A stretch of 64,000 nt of DNA from Minisyncoccia bacterium (GTDB taxonomy: Bacteria > Patescibacteriota > Minisyncoccia > Phycocordibacterales > PALSA-1337): assembly GCA_044228445.1 (NCBI GenBank), contig JBGAUV010000002.1:140600-204599 (forward strand). Direction: 5' to 3'. Under the pieces are notes generated by a model. The model did no database searches. It was given only the letters and a program-made list of their open reading frames with translations, and was not told the origin of the DNA. This document shows positions 8,838 to 19,114 of the stretch, one piece after another; position 1 is the stretch's first letter; every line of letters starts with the position of its first letter. The translations under genes and the position numbers were made by a program.

Positions 8838-9455
8838 ATGAATAAGAAATATTTTTTAATTCCCATATTTTTAATCATTGGTTTTATTGCAATATATTTC
8901 TTTACAAATAAGCCTATTATTAAAAACTATCCTCCAAAGAGTCAGACTATTATTGCATTCGGAGATAGCCTTATTAGAGGAACTGGTAGTACATTAGGTA
9001 ATGACTTTATTTCTCTTTTATCAAAAAAATTAAATAAAAATATAATAAATGAAGGTATACCTGGTGAAACTACTAGTGATGCTTTAAATAGAGTTGATGA
9101 AATTATAAATAAAGACCCAGGAATTGTTATTTTATTATTTGGTGGCAATGACTATTTAAGAAATAGACCTCAAACAGAGACTTTTAGTAATTTAAGACTT
9201 CTGATTAAAAAATTACAGGATAATGGTAGTATGGTCATTCTTTTAGGGATTAGAGGGGGACTTTTGGTGGATAAATTTAGCTCTGATTTTGAAAAATTGG
9301 CAGATGAAACTGGTGTTATTTTTATACCAAATGTTCTTGAGGGTCTCATAGGTAAACCAAAGTATATGTCTAGTGATAATATTCACCCAAACAATGAAGG
9401 ATATGCAAGGATTGCTGATAAGGTCTATAATAAAATTAATAAATACATTAAATAA
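8838..9455 (+). CDS. SGNH/GDSL-family arylesterase/lipase, membrane-anchored
   Basis: FGDSL block I, GIPGETT, GGND block III, DNIHPN block V; N-terminal TM helix. Confidence 0.9.
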   Translation: MNKKYFLIPIFLIIGFIAIYFFTNKPIIKNYPPKSQTIIAFGDSLIRGTGSTLGNDFISLLSKKLNKNIINEGIPGETTSDALNRVDEIINKDPGIVILLFGGNDYLRNRPQTETFSNLRLLIKKLQDNGSMVILLGIRGGLLVDKFSSDFEKLADETGVIFIPNVLEGLIGKPKYMSSDNIHPNNEGYARIADKVYNKINKYIK

Positions 9456-9974
9456 ATGAAAAAAATATTTTTTATATTAATTACGATTGTGGTACTTATT
9501 TCAGGTGTTTTTTACTATAATAAATTAAATACAGGTTATAAAGTCGTAAATAATAAACTTCATCATTTTTCTTTTAAATACCCAAGTTCATGGAAAATAA
9601 TTGGAAGTGGTAAAACAATTGAACAATCTAGTTTTGTAAGTGTTATAGGTAATAATATTTCTTTTACAATAACTCAATATGATAATACTAAAGGCTATAC
9701 ACCTAAACAGTGGTATGAAAGAGATACAATAGAAAAATTAGGACCTAATAATTATCCATATCCGGAAAAACTTGTTGCAAGTACTCAGAATACTATTTTA
9801 AATGGATACAATGCATATAAGGTAGTTACAAATGATGCAGGTGCTAGTTATGACTATTTTTTATCAAAAGGAAATGAAATATACGTAATTAATATAGAAA
9901 GAAACGATACGATTGATTATTCAAAAAATCAAAGATATATAGATGATATTTTAAACAGTCTGTCTTGGAATTAA
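9456..9974 (+). CDS. secreted PsbP-like domain protein
   Basis: N-terminal TM helix; FSFKYPSSW; LNGYNAY; DDILNSL. Confidence 0.6.
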   Translation: MKKIFFILITIVVLISGVFYYNKLNTGYKVVNNKLHHFSFKYPSSWKIIGSGKTIEQSSFVSVIGNNISFTITQYDNTKGYTPKQWYERDTIEKLGPNNYPYPEKLVASTQNTILNGYNAYKVVTNDAGASYDYFLSKGNEIYVINIERNDTIDYSKNQRYIDDILNSLSWN

Positions 9975-10064
9975 TTATTTAAAATGAATAAATTGACATA
10001 AAATAAAAAAGTATTATCCTTTTTGTAGAAGTACAAAAAATCAAAACAACTAAAAGGAGGAAAT

Positions 10065-10931
10065 ATGGAAAAAGATGAAAGGGAGGATTTTCTATTAAAG
10101 AGCTATCTAAATGATGTCCGTGATTACAATCTCATTTCCAGAGATAGAGAGGTTCAACTCGCTCAAGAAATAGCAAAAAGAAATAACGAAGCAAGAAATG
10201 AACTTGCTCTAGCAAATGTACGTTTAGTGATAAAAATCGCTATGGACTTTGACGGCTATGGTCTTTCTATTCATGACTTAATCCAAGAGGGTAACACTGG
10301 TCTCATGAAGGCTGTTGATAGATTTGACCCAACTAAGGGTGCAAAGTTTTCTACTTATGCAGCTTGGTGGATCAAACAGGCAATTAAAAGAGCTTTAAGT
10401 AACTCAGGATTTACCGTAAGGATTCCAGTTCATCTCGTGCAGTCAATTTCTAATTTGAATAGATTCAGAGAAAAATTTGAGAAGGAAAATAGAAGGTTAC
10501 CAAATGATGATGAAATTAAACAAGAACTAGGTCTTGTTGCTGATACAGTTGACGCAGCAAAGACCGTGCGAAATGGTAGAATATCACTTGATTCAAAATT
10601 TGGTGAAAGTGAGATAAGTCTTTCTGATATTCTCGAGGATGAAACATCTATCAATCCATCTTCTGCTAATGAGCTAGATGATCAACTTTCTAATTTAGCT
10701 GATCTAGTTAATAGATTAAGTAACAGAGAAAAAAACATAATCGAGTGTCGTTTTGGTCTTAATGGCAAAGAACAGATGATACTTGATGATATCGGTAAAA
10801 TTTATGGAATAACCCGAGAGAGAGTTAGACAAATTGAGGCAAAAGCACTTAAGAAGTTGCGGAATTGGCTTGATAAAAAGAATTCCGAAGTAGATCTTGA
10901 TTTGCCACCAGCAGTCTACAATGTTGGATAA
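10065..10931 (+). CDS. sigma-70 family RNA polymerase sigma factor (RpoD/RpoS-like, no region 1.1)
   Basis: ANVRLVIKIA, DLIQEGNTGLMKAVDRFD, FSTYAAWWIKQAI, RIPVH, TRERVRQIE; TTGACA promoter at 9993 and AAGGAGG SD. Confidence 0.92.
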   Translation: MEKDEREDFLLKSYLNDVRDYNLISRDREVQLAQEIAKRNNEARNELALANVRLVIKIAMDFDGYGLSIHDLIQEGNTGLMKAVDRFDPTKGAKFSTYAAWWIKQAIKRALSNSGFTVRIPVHLVQSISNLNRFREKFEKENRRLPNDDEIKQELGLVADTVDAAKTVRNGRISLDSKFGESEISLSDILEDETSINPSSANELDDQLSNLADLVNRLSNREKNIIECRFGLNGKEQMILDDIGKIYGITRERVRQIEAKALKKLRNWLDKKNSEVDLDLPPAVYNVG

Positions 10932-10940
10932 AACATACAC

Positions 10941-10969
10941 AAACAGCCTGACTACGTCAGGCTTGTTTT
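10941..10969 (+). terminator. intrinsic terminator
   Basis: AGCCTGAC-TAC-GTCAGGCT followed by T-rich tail. Confidence 0.75.
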
Positions 10970-11130
10970 TATATATAAAATAAGACTAAAAAGAGCGATT
11001 TTATCCACAGTTTTAGCTTGCTTTACTTTTTATCTTATGTATGGTATACTCTCTATCAGACGTTTGCAGTACATTGCAAACAAAAAATATTGCTTCGTCC
11101 CTAAGACGAAGCGCAACCAAAGGATAAAGA

Positions 11131-12078
11131 ATGAAAAAGTTCACGGCGATTGTCGTGACATTGTTCACGGCAATCCTTTCCCTTGCGCTCGTCGCAAGGG
11201 GACAAGCACCTGCGGGTGCTGCGGGTGCCATTGTGGTGCCACCGGTGTTCCCGGAGTTCCTGCCAATCGGAGACGAGTGGCAGATGAAGGACTGGGCGGT
11301 GACTAACCGTCAGTTCCGGATGAACGGAAACCCTTACAATGTGTCGACAATCTGGAGTATTGAGTATACTGAGGGTAATGGCTCTACTAGTACAATGGGA
11401 GCATCATCTTCAGGATACAAGTTTCTAGACTGGGATGACTTCATGCATACAGCTCAGAAGATCGGTCTCGATCTTCTGAGGCGCGTAAAGGCTACAAATA
11501 CTTTTGATAATACCAAAACCATGAAGTTCTCAGTGATTCATGGTTATGACAACATTGTCGCTCGAAAGGGTGTCAATGCTGTATATATCCGTAAGGATAT
11601 TGGTCTTGTTGAAGGTGTTGGTCCAGAATCATTTTTGGATGAAACGGGATTGATACTCCTTCAAGGAGTGGTTCGTGTTGATGGTCTTGAGAAGTTCGAA
11701 GTGACCACTAATGGTGGGTACTCTTGGACTGAGAGACCTGTACAAGACTACTTCGTCCTTAAATTTAGTGATCTTGAATCCGGGAATCCTATCCGGTACA
11801 GGGTTACTGCTAAAGGACAGTCTCAGGTTTACACCCAGACCGGAGATAAACTGTCTCAACCTACAGTCAGAGTTTTGAACGATAAAGTGATCGTTCTATA
11901 CAAGACTCCTGGTTCCAAGACTAGGATCGAGTATAAAAACTCTTTTGATGGTGAATGGGTCATTATGAAGGAGTTTCCCTCAACTGACTTGAGCCAGTAC
12001 AAAGAGATACTGAACTATCCACCAGAAATCGGTTCCGGTGGAGTCAGTATAAGGCTCTTCCGAGCCTCGTCGGAATAA
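11131..12078 (+). CDS. secreted hypothetical protein
   Basis: Sec signal peptide MKKFTAIVVTLFTAILSLALVARG; beta-rich body; C-terminal LFRA. Confidence 0.8.
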   Translation: MKKFTAIVVTLFTAILSLALVARGQAPAGAAGAIVVPPVFPEFLPIGDEWQMKDWAVTNRQFRMNGNPYNVSTIWSIEYTEGNGSTSTMGASSSGYKFLDWDDFMHTAQKIGLDLLRRVKATNTFDNTKTMKFSVIHGYDNIVARKGVNAVYIRKDIGLVEGVGPESFLDETGLILLQGVVRVDGLEKFEVTTNGGYSWTERPVQDYFVLKFSDLESGNPIRYRVTAKGQSQVYTQTGDKLSQPTVRVLNDKVIVLYKTPGSKTRIEYKNSFDGEWVIMKEFPSTDLSQYKEILNYPPEIGSGGVSIRLFRASSE

Positions 12079-12090
12079 ACGAGGTCAAGC

Positions 12091-12120
12091 AAAAAGGGCG
12101 TTACTTGCGTAACGCCCTTT
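12091..12120. terminator. bidirectional intrinsic terminator
   Basis: AAAGGGCGTTAC-TTGC-GTAACGCCCTTT between convergent genes. Confidence 0.85.
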
Positions 12121-12142
12121 CTTCTATCATTTTATAAACTAA

Positions 12143-15100
12143 TTAAATTTCACCTGCATTTGATATTCTGAGTAAGGCTGTATTACTAAATTCATCTGGA
12201 ATCATTGGGTCTGCGCTAACACATTTCAAATAGAATGAGTATGTACCTGTTTCAGCTATCTTAGCTTCAAGTCCTAGTGCACTACCGTTTTTGCTATTAT
12301 TAAACCAATTCCATACAGCAGAACCATCGCTTCCATCTGGTTTAATTGTAACTGATGTACAACTATATCCACTCAAGTTATTACTCTTCCACGCTAGATT
12401 GAATGTTCCTGTTGGACCTACTTTGTAAGGTACTACTGCTTTTGGATCTCCGACTACAGGTGTTGTAATTGGCTTATCTATTACTCCAGAGCCACCAATA
12501 AATAATTTAATATTTGGATTAGATGTCACTATTGGAGGTGCAGGAGGTGGAGGATTCTGTCCATTGTTACCTCCTCCGCCGCCACCATTAATTGGATCTG
12601 GTGGAGGTGGTGGAGGAGCAGGTGATGTTACTGTTAATGTTACAGAGTTACTATTTATTGTTGGCGAGTTAGCTTTTGTACATGTGATAGAAAATATATA
12701 TGAACCATCAACTATAGATGAAAGGTTTGTTGGTAAAGAAGTGTTTGTACCAGTTATTGAACCTCCCCAAGCCCATATGCTATTTCCACTACTACCATCA
12801 GGTTTAACATTATTAAATGAACAACTATATCCAATAGGTGGGTTAGCCATTGTCCACTGCAAACCAAATGTATCACCTCTAACAACACTTGTAGAAGGAC
12901 CATAACTTACATCAACTGATTTTTTTATACCAAGACTTAGATTTGAAACGGGACAACCAATTGTAGTTACTTTAGGCGTTATGACACTTGCAACTGGTGA
13001 TGAAGCTAATGTCTTACCTGAAACTACAGCACTAATAACATAGTTATACTTTGTGCCAGTATTAAATACGGGATATTTTTCTGTATTCATTGTTGCAGAG
13101 CCAGATAGGGTATATGTTGCATCAATTTTGTTAATTACTGTATTTAATCTAGTTATTGTATATGAACTAGCATTTGGTATCGGACTCCATGTTTGACTTA
13201 CCCATAATTCAAGCGGTGTACATTTATCAGAAGAAGGTGTTACTGTAAATTGATAGTTCGGAGGAATAATAGGAGCGGGTTGAATTATAATCTTTACTGT
13301 ATTGCTTGATACTATATTTCCATTTGAACAAGATATATTGAGTGTATATGTTCCAATTTCAAGACCTGTAGTTTCCAAACTATTTGCTTGACCATTTATT
13401 TCGGTTCCATATGACCAGATTGAATTGTTTATATTACCAGTAGGCATTGTTGTCTTTTGGTCACATACGGTATAGTCGGGAGTCAAGTTGCTTGCCCATA
13501 GTAAATCAAATTTTTCACCAGAAACAACAGTCGCTGAATTATTCATACTTGATACCGAAGTTTGATAGGTATAGTTTGAAAAGTTAATATTTGAATCTGT
13601 GCTCTTTTTTATAAACAACTTGATTGATTTTGCTACTCCGACTGGACAACCCTCAAGTGGAGCGATTACTGATATTTGTGGAGAAGCTTGTTTTTCTATT
13701 CCACCAACAATAGCTGTAACTTTATAGTAATATTTTTTTCCGGTTTCAAATGTAAAGGTAGGATATACCTCAGTATTTTCTGTTCCTGTAACACTAAATA
13801 TTACCGTTTCTGGTGTACTATCCTTAATTCTGTATAGTTTGTATGAGGTAGCTCCTGGTACTGGACTCCACTTTTGTTTTATCCAAATATCATTTGCTGA
13901 ACATTGGTTTGAAGAAGTTGTAACTGTAAAATTATATACAGGAGGAAGTTCATTTATTGTTATTCTTGAAACATTACTTGTAACTGTATTTCCAGCGGTA
14001 TTTGTACAAGACAGCATTAGCTTATATGTACCGTATGGTTTATTTTGACTTGAAAGACCTGTAACTATTGAATTAAGTCCCGTACCATAAACCCAAAGAC
14101 TATTATTTGTATTATTATTAACATCCTGTGTTGCTTGTCTACATGTATAGTCAGGAGTCAAGTTGCTTACCCATCTTATGTCAAAAGTTTTTCCGGCAAA
14201 TAGACTTACATCGGTATTGGATGCAGAAGTAGTTGTTGTTAATGAATAATTAGACAAGTCTTTTGTCATATCAGTTGATTCTTTTGCAAATAGTTTTATT
14301 GATGGTGAAGCAACACTTTGTGGGCAATTTGCTCCAGTTAAGACTGTTGGTGAGAATGCAAAAACAGAAGGGGATAGTGCCTGCTCTGCTCCAGAAATTA
14401 CAGCTGAAACTTTATATTCATAAAGTTCACTAAATGAAAGTATTTTATCTTCAAATGTAATCTTTCCTGCAACCATATAGTATGGAGTGGTTGTGCTATA
14501 TACTTTTTCAGGTTCGTTCGTGTGCATTCTATAAAGTCTATATGAACTTGCTCCTGGAATTGGACTCCAACTTGCAGTAATTTTTAAATCACTCAAATTA
14601 CAACTATCTGCACTTCTGATTGCTGTAAGGTTATATGGTAATGGCGTAGATTGAACGCTTATATTATATGTTGTTGAGTGTGATATTGTTTGTCCACCAG
14701 TAGTTACAGTTGTGTTTATTGGAACAGAATTACAAGTAAAACCAGTTCCTATATTGTACGGATCACCGTTTATTGTATATCCGCCAGCACCACAACCATA
14801 AGGACCTGTCGCTACAGCTATTCTCTGATTTGCTATCATATCCTTACCTTGATCACCTAATATTTTAGTACCAGTAGATGTTAAACAATCTCCATCATCG
14901 TATTGAATACATTTAACTGAAAATTGTCCACCGTTATTGTAGTCGCTACTTGGAGAAAAACCTGAATCCTTACTACAACCAAAATAGAAACCGTTATACA
15001 TTGTAGGAGAGTTATCATGTGTCCAGTCTACCTTACAATAATAAACATATGGTGTGGTATTTGTTGTTGTAACTACTGTTGTACCTTGTTTTGTATATGT

Positions 15101-16030
15101 ACCTGTAACTTTAACTGTATATGTACCTGGGACTGTACTACCCAATGACTGCACTCTTAGAGTAGAATTTGAACTAGGTGTTAATACTCTTTGTCCGAAA
15201 GCAGTACTACCTACAATAAGACCAGTACTTAAGTCCTTTACTTCAGCACCTGAAGAATCTTTTATTGAATCTACATTTAATGTTACTTCACCAGTAGCAC
15301 CAGCATTTAAATTTGTTAGGCTTATTATACTATCAGCAGGGTCACCAATTATGATAGTTTTATTTCCATCATTTGATATTCCGAAATCAAAACTAGGTGT
15401 TGAAGCTGTATTTGATACAGTAAAGTTAATTGAATCAACACCAATATAGTTATCACCGGTATTATTTGGAAAAAATAGATTGTAATTTGTCCAGGGGTAT
15501 CTGGTTCCTAATCCATCATATAGTACTGGTTGTTCAGCAATTTGTTTTAACCTGGGTATTGTTGTTCCATCTATATAACCAGGAGTAATATCACTTGCTG
15601 CATTGAAGAAAACATGTAGTGTATAGTTTCCTGGCTGAAGGTTTGATAATAAAGTAGAATTGTTTAAATCTGTTTTAATTACATTACTATTTATAATCAT
15701 TCCATTTGGTACTGGGTCATCTGCCCAAAAATCTGTTTTAGCAGGTATTTGAGGATTATAATTAAAACTAGAATTATTTGTTACTCTATATCCTGCAAGT
15801 ATAGTTCTTGATCCATATGTTTTTGGGAAAGTAAGAGAAAGTTGCAAAGAATCACCAGTATTAAAGCTTGTTTTGTTTATGCTTACATTTGCTGTACCGA
15901 TATTTGCACCAATAGTTGAATTTGAGAGATTTACAGTGTTAGCTTTAGCTGTATTTGTAAATATAAAACCAAGAGATAGTACAAATAGTGAAATTGTTAA
16001 TTTATAGGAATTTATTTTCATTTTTTTCAT
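12143..16030 (-). CDS. large secreted surface protein with alternating FN3-like and Cys-paired Ig-like repeats
   Basis: Signal peptide; three WSP(I/V)PxAxSY FN3-like units; four F-x-L/I-x-W...GxY-x4-C units; poly-Pro/Gly linker. Confidence 0.85.
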   Translation of the reverse strand: MKKMKINSYKLTISLFVLSLGFIFTNTAKANTVNLSNSTIGANIGTANVSINKTSFNTGDSLQLSLTFPKTYGSRTILAGYRVTNNSSFNYNPQIPAKTDFWADDPVPNGMIINSNVIKTDLNNSTLLSNLQPGNYTLHVFFNAASDITPGYIDGTTIPRLKQIAEQPVLYDGLGTRYPWTNYNLFFPNNTGDNYIGVDSINFTVSNTASTPSFDFGISNDGNKTIIIGDPADSIISLTNLNAGATGEVTLNVDSIKDSSGAEVKDLSTGLIVGSTAFGQRVLTPSSNSTLRVQSLGSTVPGTYTVKVTGTYTKQGTTVVTTTNTTPYVYYCKVDWTHDNSPTMYNGFYFGCSKDSGFSPSSDYNNGGQFSVKCIQYDDGDCLTSTGTKILGDQGKDMIANQRIAVATGPYGCGAGGYTINGDPYNIGTGFTCNSVPINTTVTTGGQTISHSTTYNISVQSTPLPYNLTAIRSADSCNLSDLKITASWSPIPGASSYRLYRMHTNEPEKVYSTTTPYYMVAGKITFEDKILSFSELYEYKVSAVISGAEQALSPSVFAFSPTVLTGANCPQSVASPSIKLFAKESTDMTKDLSNYSLTTTTSASNTDVSLFAGKTFDIRWVSNLTPDYTCRQATQDVNNNTNNSLWVYGTGLNSIVTGLSSQNKPYGTYKLMLSCTNTAGNTVTSNVSRITINELPPVYNFTVTTSSNQCSANDIWIKQKWSPVPGATSYKLYRIKDSTPETVIFSVTGTENTEVYPTFTFETGKKYYYKVTAIVGGIEKQASPQISVIAPLEGCPVGVAKSIKLFIKKSTDSNINFSNYTYQTSVSSMNNSATVVSGEKFDLLWASNLTPDYTVCDQKTTMPTGNINNSIWSYGTEINGQANSLETTGLEIGTYTLNISCSNGNIVSSNTVKIIIQPAPIIPPNYQFTVTPSSDKCTPLELWVSQTWSPIPNASSYTITRLNTVINKIDATYTLSGSATMNTEKYPVFNTGTKYNYVISAVVSGKTLASSPVASVITPKVTTIGCPVSNLSLGIKKSVDVSYGPSTSVVRGDTFGLQWTMANPPIGYSCSFNNVKPDGSSGNSIWAWGGSITGTNTSLPTNLSSIVDGSYIFSITCTKANSPTINSNSVTLTVTSPAPPPPPPDPINGGGGGGNNGQNPPPPAPPIVTSNPNIKLFIGGSGVIDKPITTPVVGDPKAVVPYKVGPTGTFNLAWKSNNLSGYSCTSVTIKPDGSDGSAVWNWFNNSKNGSALGLEAKIAETGTYSFYLKCVSADPMIPDEFSNTALLRISNAGEI
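13470..14174. repeat. 30-bp near-identical direct repeats (13470-13499 and 14145-14174) within protein repeat units
   Basis: GTATAGTC(G/A)GGAGTCAAGTTGCTT(G/A)CCCAT, 28/30 identical, encoding W-x-SNLTPDYT. Confidence 0.8.
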
Positions 16031-16031
16031 A

Positions 16032-16397
16032 TTATCTGTTGTATCTATTAAGGGCTTCTAATATCGTCGCTTTCTCTTCTGTAGTTAATTGCATTTCATT
16101 TCCACTGCTAAACTGAGCTAGTATAGTTCTTTTTTCATATGGTGTTAGAGGTTCTTCATTTATTCTTGCTATTCTTGCAAATAGCTCTGCTTTTTTATCT
16201 GAAATTGAGACTTTCTTATTAATATCGAGACTACCTTGCGGGTTTATATCAATTCTTCTTTGGAGTTTTAATTTATCTCCAACGACATTTCCAATATATT
16301 GCCATAAGAATGACATTCCAATTATGATAAGCAGCACAATTATGAGCCACATTGCTTTCTTGTGACTGTCATCTTTCGGTTTTTTTAAAAATTCCAT
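16032..16397 (-). CDS. membrane-anchored hypothetical protein
   Basis: One TM helix; LTPYEK/LTTEEK repeats; 1-nt gap to the large surface-protein gene. Confidence 0.75.
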   Translation of the reverse strand: MEFLKKPKDDSHKKAMWLIIVLLIIIGMSFLWQYIGNVVGDKLKLQRRIDINPQGSLDINKKVSISDKKAELFARIARINEEPLTPYEKRTILAQFSSGNEMQLTTEEKATILEALNRYNR

Positions 16398-16499
16398 ATG
16401 ATTTTGGGTTTAGAACTATTAATATGAATTCTATTATACCATTATATTGATTTGTATATTCTGCTTGCTGTGGAAATGTAAATATGATAATTTGGGTCT

Positions 16500-16865
16500 A
16501 TGCAAAATATACATATATTGATAAATATTATCGGACAGGTATTATTCGGAGGTTATTTCTTTTGGAATGGTATAAAGCACTTTAAAGACCATAAGTCATA
16601 CACAATGTATGCTCAAGCAATGGGTGTTCCTTTTGCTAGTATTATGGTTTATTTTAGCGGTTTATTTATATTTTTAGGTGGACTTGGAGTAATATTTAAT
16701 ATTCAAAAGACAATATCTCTTATACTCATACTAGTTTTCTTAGTGCCAGTTACATATAAAATGCATCAATTCTGGAAAAAGGAGAATTCAGCTGAAAAGA
16801 ATAGTGAAATGATAACTTTCCTAAAGAACGTAGCACTTATAGGAGCCGTGTTACTACTAATGTAG
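16500..16865 (+). CDS. DoxX family membrane protein
   Basis: GIKHF, HQFW, FLKNVALIG; four TM helices. Confidence 0.85.
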   Translation: MQNIHILINIIGQVLFGGYFFWNGIKHFKDHKSYTMYAQAMGVPFASIMVYFSGLFIFLGGLGVIFNIQKTISLILILVFLVPVTYKMHQFWKKENSAEKNSEMITFLKNVALIGAVLLLM

Positions 16866-16912
16866 TTTCAATTAGGCAGTCTATTGTGCTAAAATAGCCT
16901 TTAAGGCTAAAT

Positions 16913-19114
16913 ATGAATGAAAATTCTAATAACAATTCTTTAAGCAAGTATTCAAGTCCATACAACCCTCAAAATACTGAAAAGAGGATATACGAAATTT
17001 GGGAAAATAGTGGCTTTTTTAATCCTGACAATATTGTAAAAAGTGAGGGTAAACTTGCTATAAATAAAGATAGTAAACCTTTTACTATCATTATGCCACC
17101 TACAAATGCCAATGGTTCTCTTCATGCAGGACATGGTCTTGTTATGACTATAGAGGATATTATGGTTAGGTATAAGAGAATGAAAGGGTATAGAGCTCTA
17201 TGGCTTCCTGGGCTTGATCATGCTGGTTTTGAAACTCAAGTAGTTTATGAAAAAAAGCTTGAAAAAGAAGGAAGAACACGTTTTGATATACCACCAAAAC
17301 AACTTTATGATGAAATTTTGGATTTTACTCTTACAAATTCAAAAAACATAAAGGAACAAATTCGTGCAGTAGGTGCAAGTTGTGATTGGTCACGTGAAAG
17401 ATTCACTTTAGACCCACAAGTTGTTGATATTGTATATGGAACATTCAAAAAGCTTTATGATGATAACTTACTTTACAGAGGAAAAAGAATTGTAAGTTGG
17501 TGTCCAAAGCATCAAACATCATTTTCTGATCTTGAAATAAAAGATGAAGAAAAAACCGAGAGTTTTTACTATTTTAAATACGGTCCTTTTACCATAGGTA
17601 CCTCTAGACCAGAAACAAAGTTCGGAGATAAATACGTTGTAATGCACCCAGATGATAAAAGATATGCAGGCTATAAACATGGTCAAAAAATCGATTTGGA
17701 ATGGATAAATGGACCTATAACAGCGACAATTATAAAAGATGAAAGTGTAGATATGGCTTTTGGAACAGGTGTTATGACTATTACTCCTTGGCATGATGCT
17801 ACAGATTTTGCTATTGCAGAGAAATTTAATTTGGATAAAGAACAAGTAATTGATGAAAAAGGAAAACTTTTACCAATAGCAGGTGAATTTGCTGGGCTTC
17901 ATATTACAAAAGCAAGACCTTTAATAGTAAAAAAGCTACAAGATAAAGGTTTGGTGGAGAAAATTGATGAAAACTACAAACATACAGTACGTACTTGCTA
18001 TAAATGTGGAACTACAATAGAACCTCAGATCAAGAGTCAATGGTTTATTCGTATGAAACCACTTGCAGATAAAGCACTAGAAAAGATAAAATCTGGGGAA
18101 ATAAAATATATTCCAGATCATTATGAAAAGATAACAACTCATTGGTTATCAAATATTATGGATTGGAATATTTCAAGACAAATAGTTTGGGGAATTCCTA
18201 TTCCAGCAAAATTATGCAAACATTGTGGTGAAGGTTTTGTTGATTTAAAAGATGAAATAAATAAATGTAAAAAATGTGGAGGTGAAGTTTATAAGGACAA
18301 TGATACATTTGATACATGGTTTTCTTCTGGACAATGGCCTTTTGCAAGTCTAGGTTTTCCTAATAGCGATGATTTTAAAAACTTCTATCCAACTGATGTT
18401 ATGGAAACAGCTGGAGAAATCATATTCTTTTGGGTAAGTCGTATGATAATGCTTGGTCTATACATGACAGGAAAACTACCTTTCAAAACTGTTTATTTAC
18501 ACGGTCTAGTTCTAGATGCAAAAGGTCAAAAAATGAGTAAGAGTAAAGGAAATGTGATCAATCCTCTAGACTATATGTCAAAATACGGTACCGATTCTTT
18601 TAGAATGGGTCTGGTTATAGGTAATACTCCTGGAACTTCACTTTCTCTTTCTGAAGAGAAAATAAAAGCATATAAACTATTTGCAAATAAACTTTGGAAT
18701 GTTACTAGATTTGTTCTTACCTCTACTTCAGGTATTGAAATAAATAGAGAATTTAATAATTGGAGTACAAAAGATAAACTATATATCGATGAATTTTCTG
18801 CTCTTAAAAAAGAATTAACAAAAGAAATGGATGATTTCAAATTCTATATGGTTGCTGAGAAGATTTATGGTTATGTCTGGCATAACTTTGCTAGTGTTAT
18901 TCTTGAAGAAAGTAAAGTTATCTTTAAAGAGGGAAGTGAAGTTGAAAAAGAGTCTAGAAATCAATTCCTATTAAATGTTTTATATGACATTATTCATCTT
19001 CTTCACCCATTTATGCCTTTTATTACAGAAGAAATATGGGCCGATTTTCCAAAGGGAAAAGATATTGCTGAAAATAAAAATAATTTATTAATGATACAAA
19101 AATGGCCAGAATAA
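16913..19114 (+). CDS. valS: valine--tRNA ligase
   Basis: PPTNANGSLHAGH, WLPGLDHAG, GTGVMTITPWHD, DWNISRQIVWG, DTFDTWFSS, KMSKS. Confidence 0.97.
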   Translation: MNENSNNNSLSKYSSPYNPQNTEKRIYEIWENSGFFNPDNIVKSEGKLAINKDSKPFTIIMPPTNANGSLHAGHGLVMTIEDIMVRYKRMKGYRALWLPGLDHAGFETQVVYEKKLEKEGRTRFDIPPKQLYDEILDFTLTNSKNIKEQIRAVGASCDWSRERFTLDPQVVDIVYGTFKKLYDDNLLYRGKRIVSWCPKHQTSFSDLEIKDEEKTESFYYFKYGPFTIGTSRPETKFGDKYVVMHPDDKRYAGYKHGQKIDLEWINGPITATIIKDESVDMAFGTGVMTITPWHDATDFAIAEKFNLDKEQVIDEKGKLLPIAGEFAGLHITKARPLIVKKLQDKGLVEKIDENYKHTVRTCYKCGTTIEPQIKSQWFIRMKPLADKALEKIKSGEIKYIPDHYEKITTHWLSNIMDWNISRQIVWGIPIPAKLCKHCGEGFVDLKDEINKCKKCGGEVYKDNDTFDTWFSSGQWPFASLGFPNSDDFKNFYPTDVMETAGEIIFFWVSRMIMLGLYMTGKLPFKTVYLHGLVLDAKGQKMSKSKGNVINPLDYMSKYGTDSFRMGLVIGNTPGTSLSLSEEKIKAYKLFANKLWNVTRFVLTSTSGIEINREFNNWSTKDKLYIDEFSALKKELTKEMDDFKFYMVAEKIYGYVWHNFASVILEESKVIFKEGSEVEKESRNQFLLNVLYDIIHLLHPFMPFITEEIWADFPKGKDIAENKNNLLMIQKWPE

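Noticed and set aside
11001-11009. Perfect DnaA box TTATCCACA, with degenerate ones near 27968 and 45176
   Set aside because: Isolated boxes with no cluster and no dnaA/dnaN nearby; not evidence for oriC
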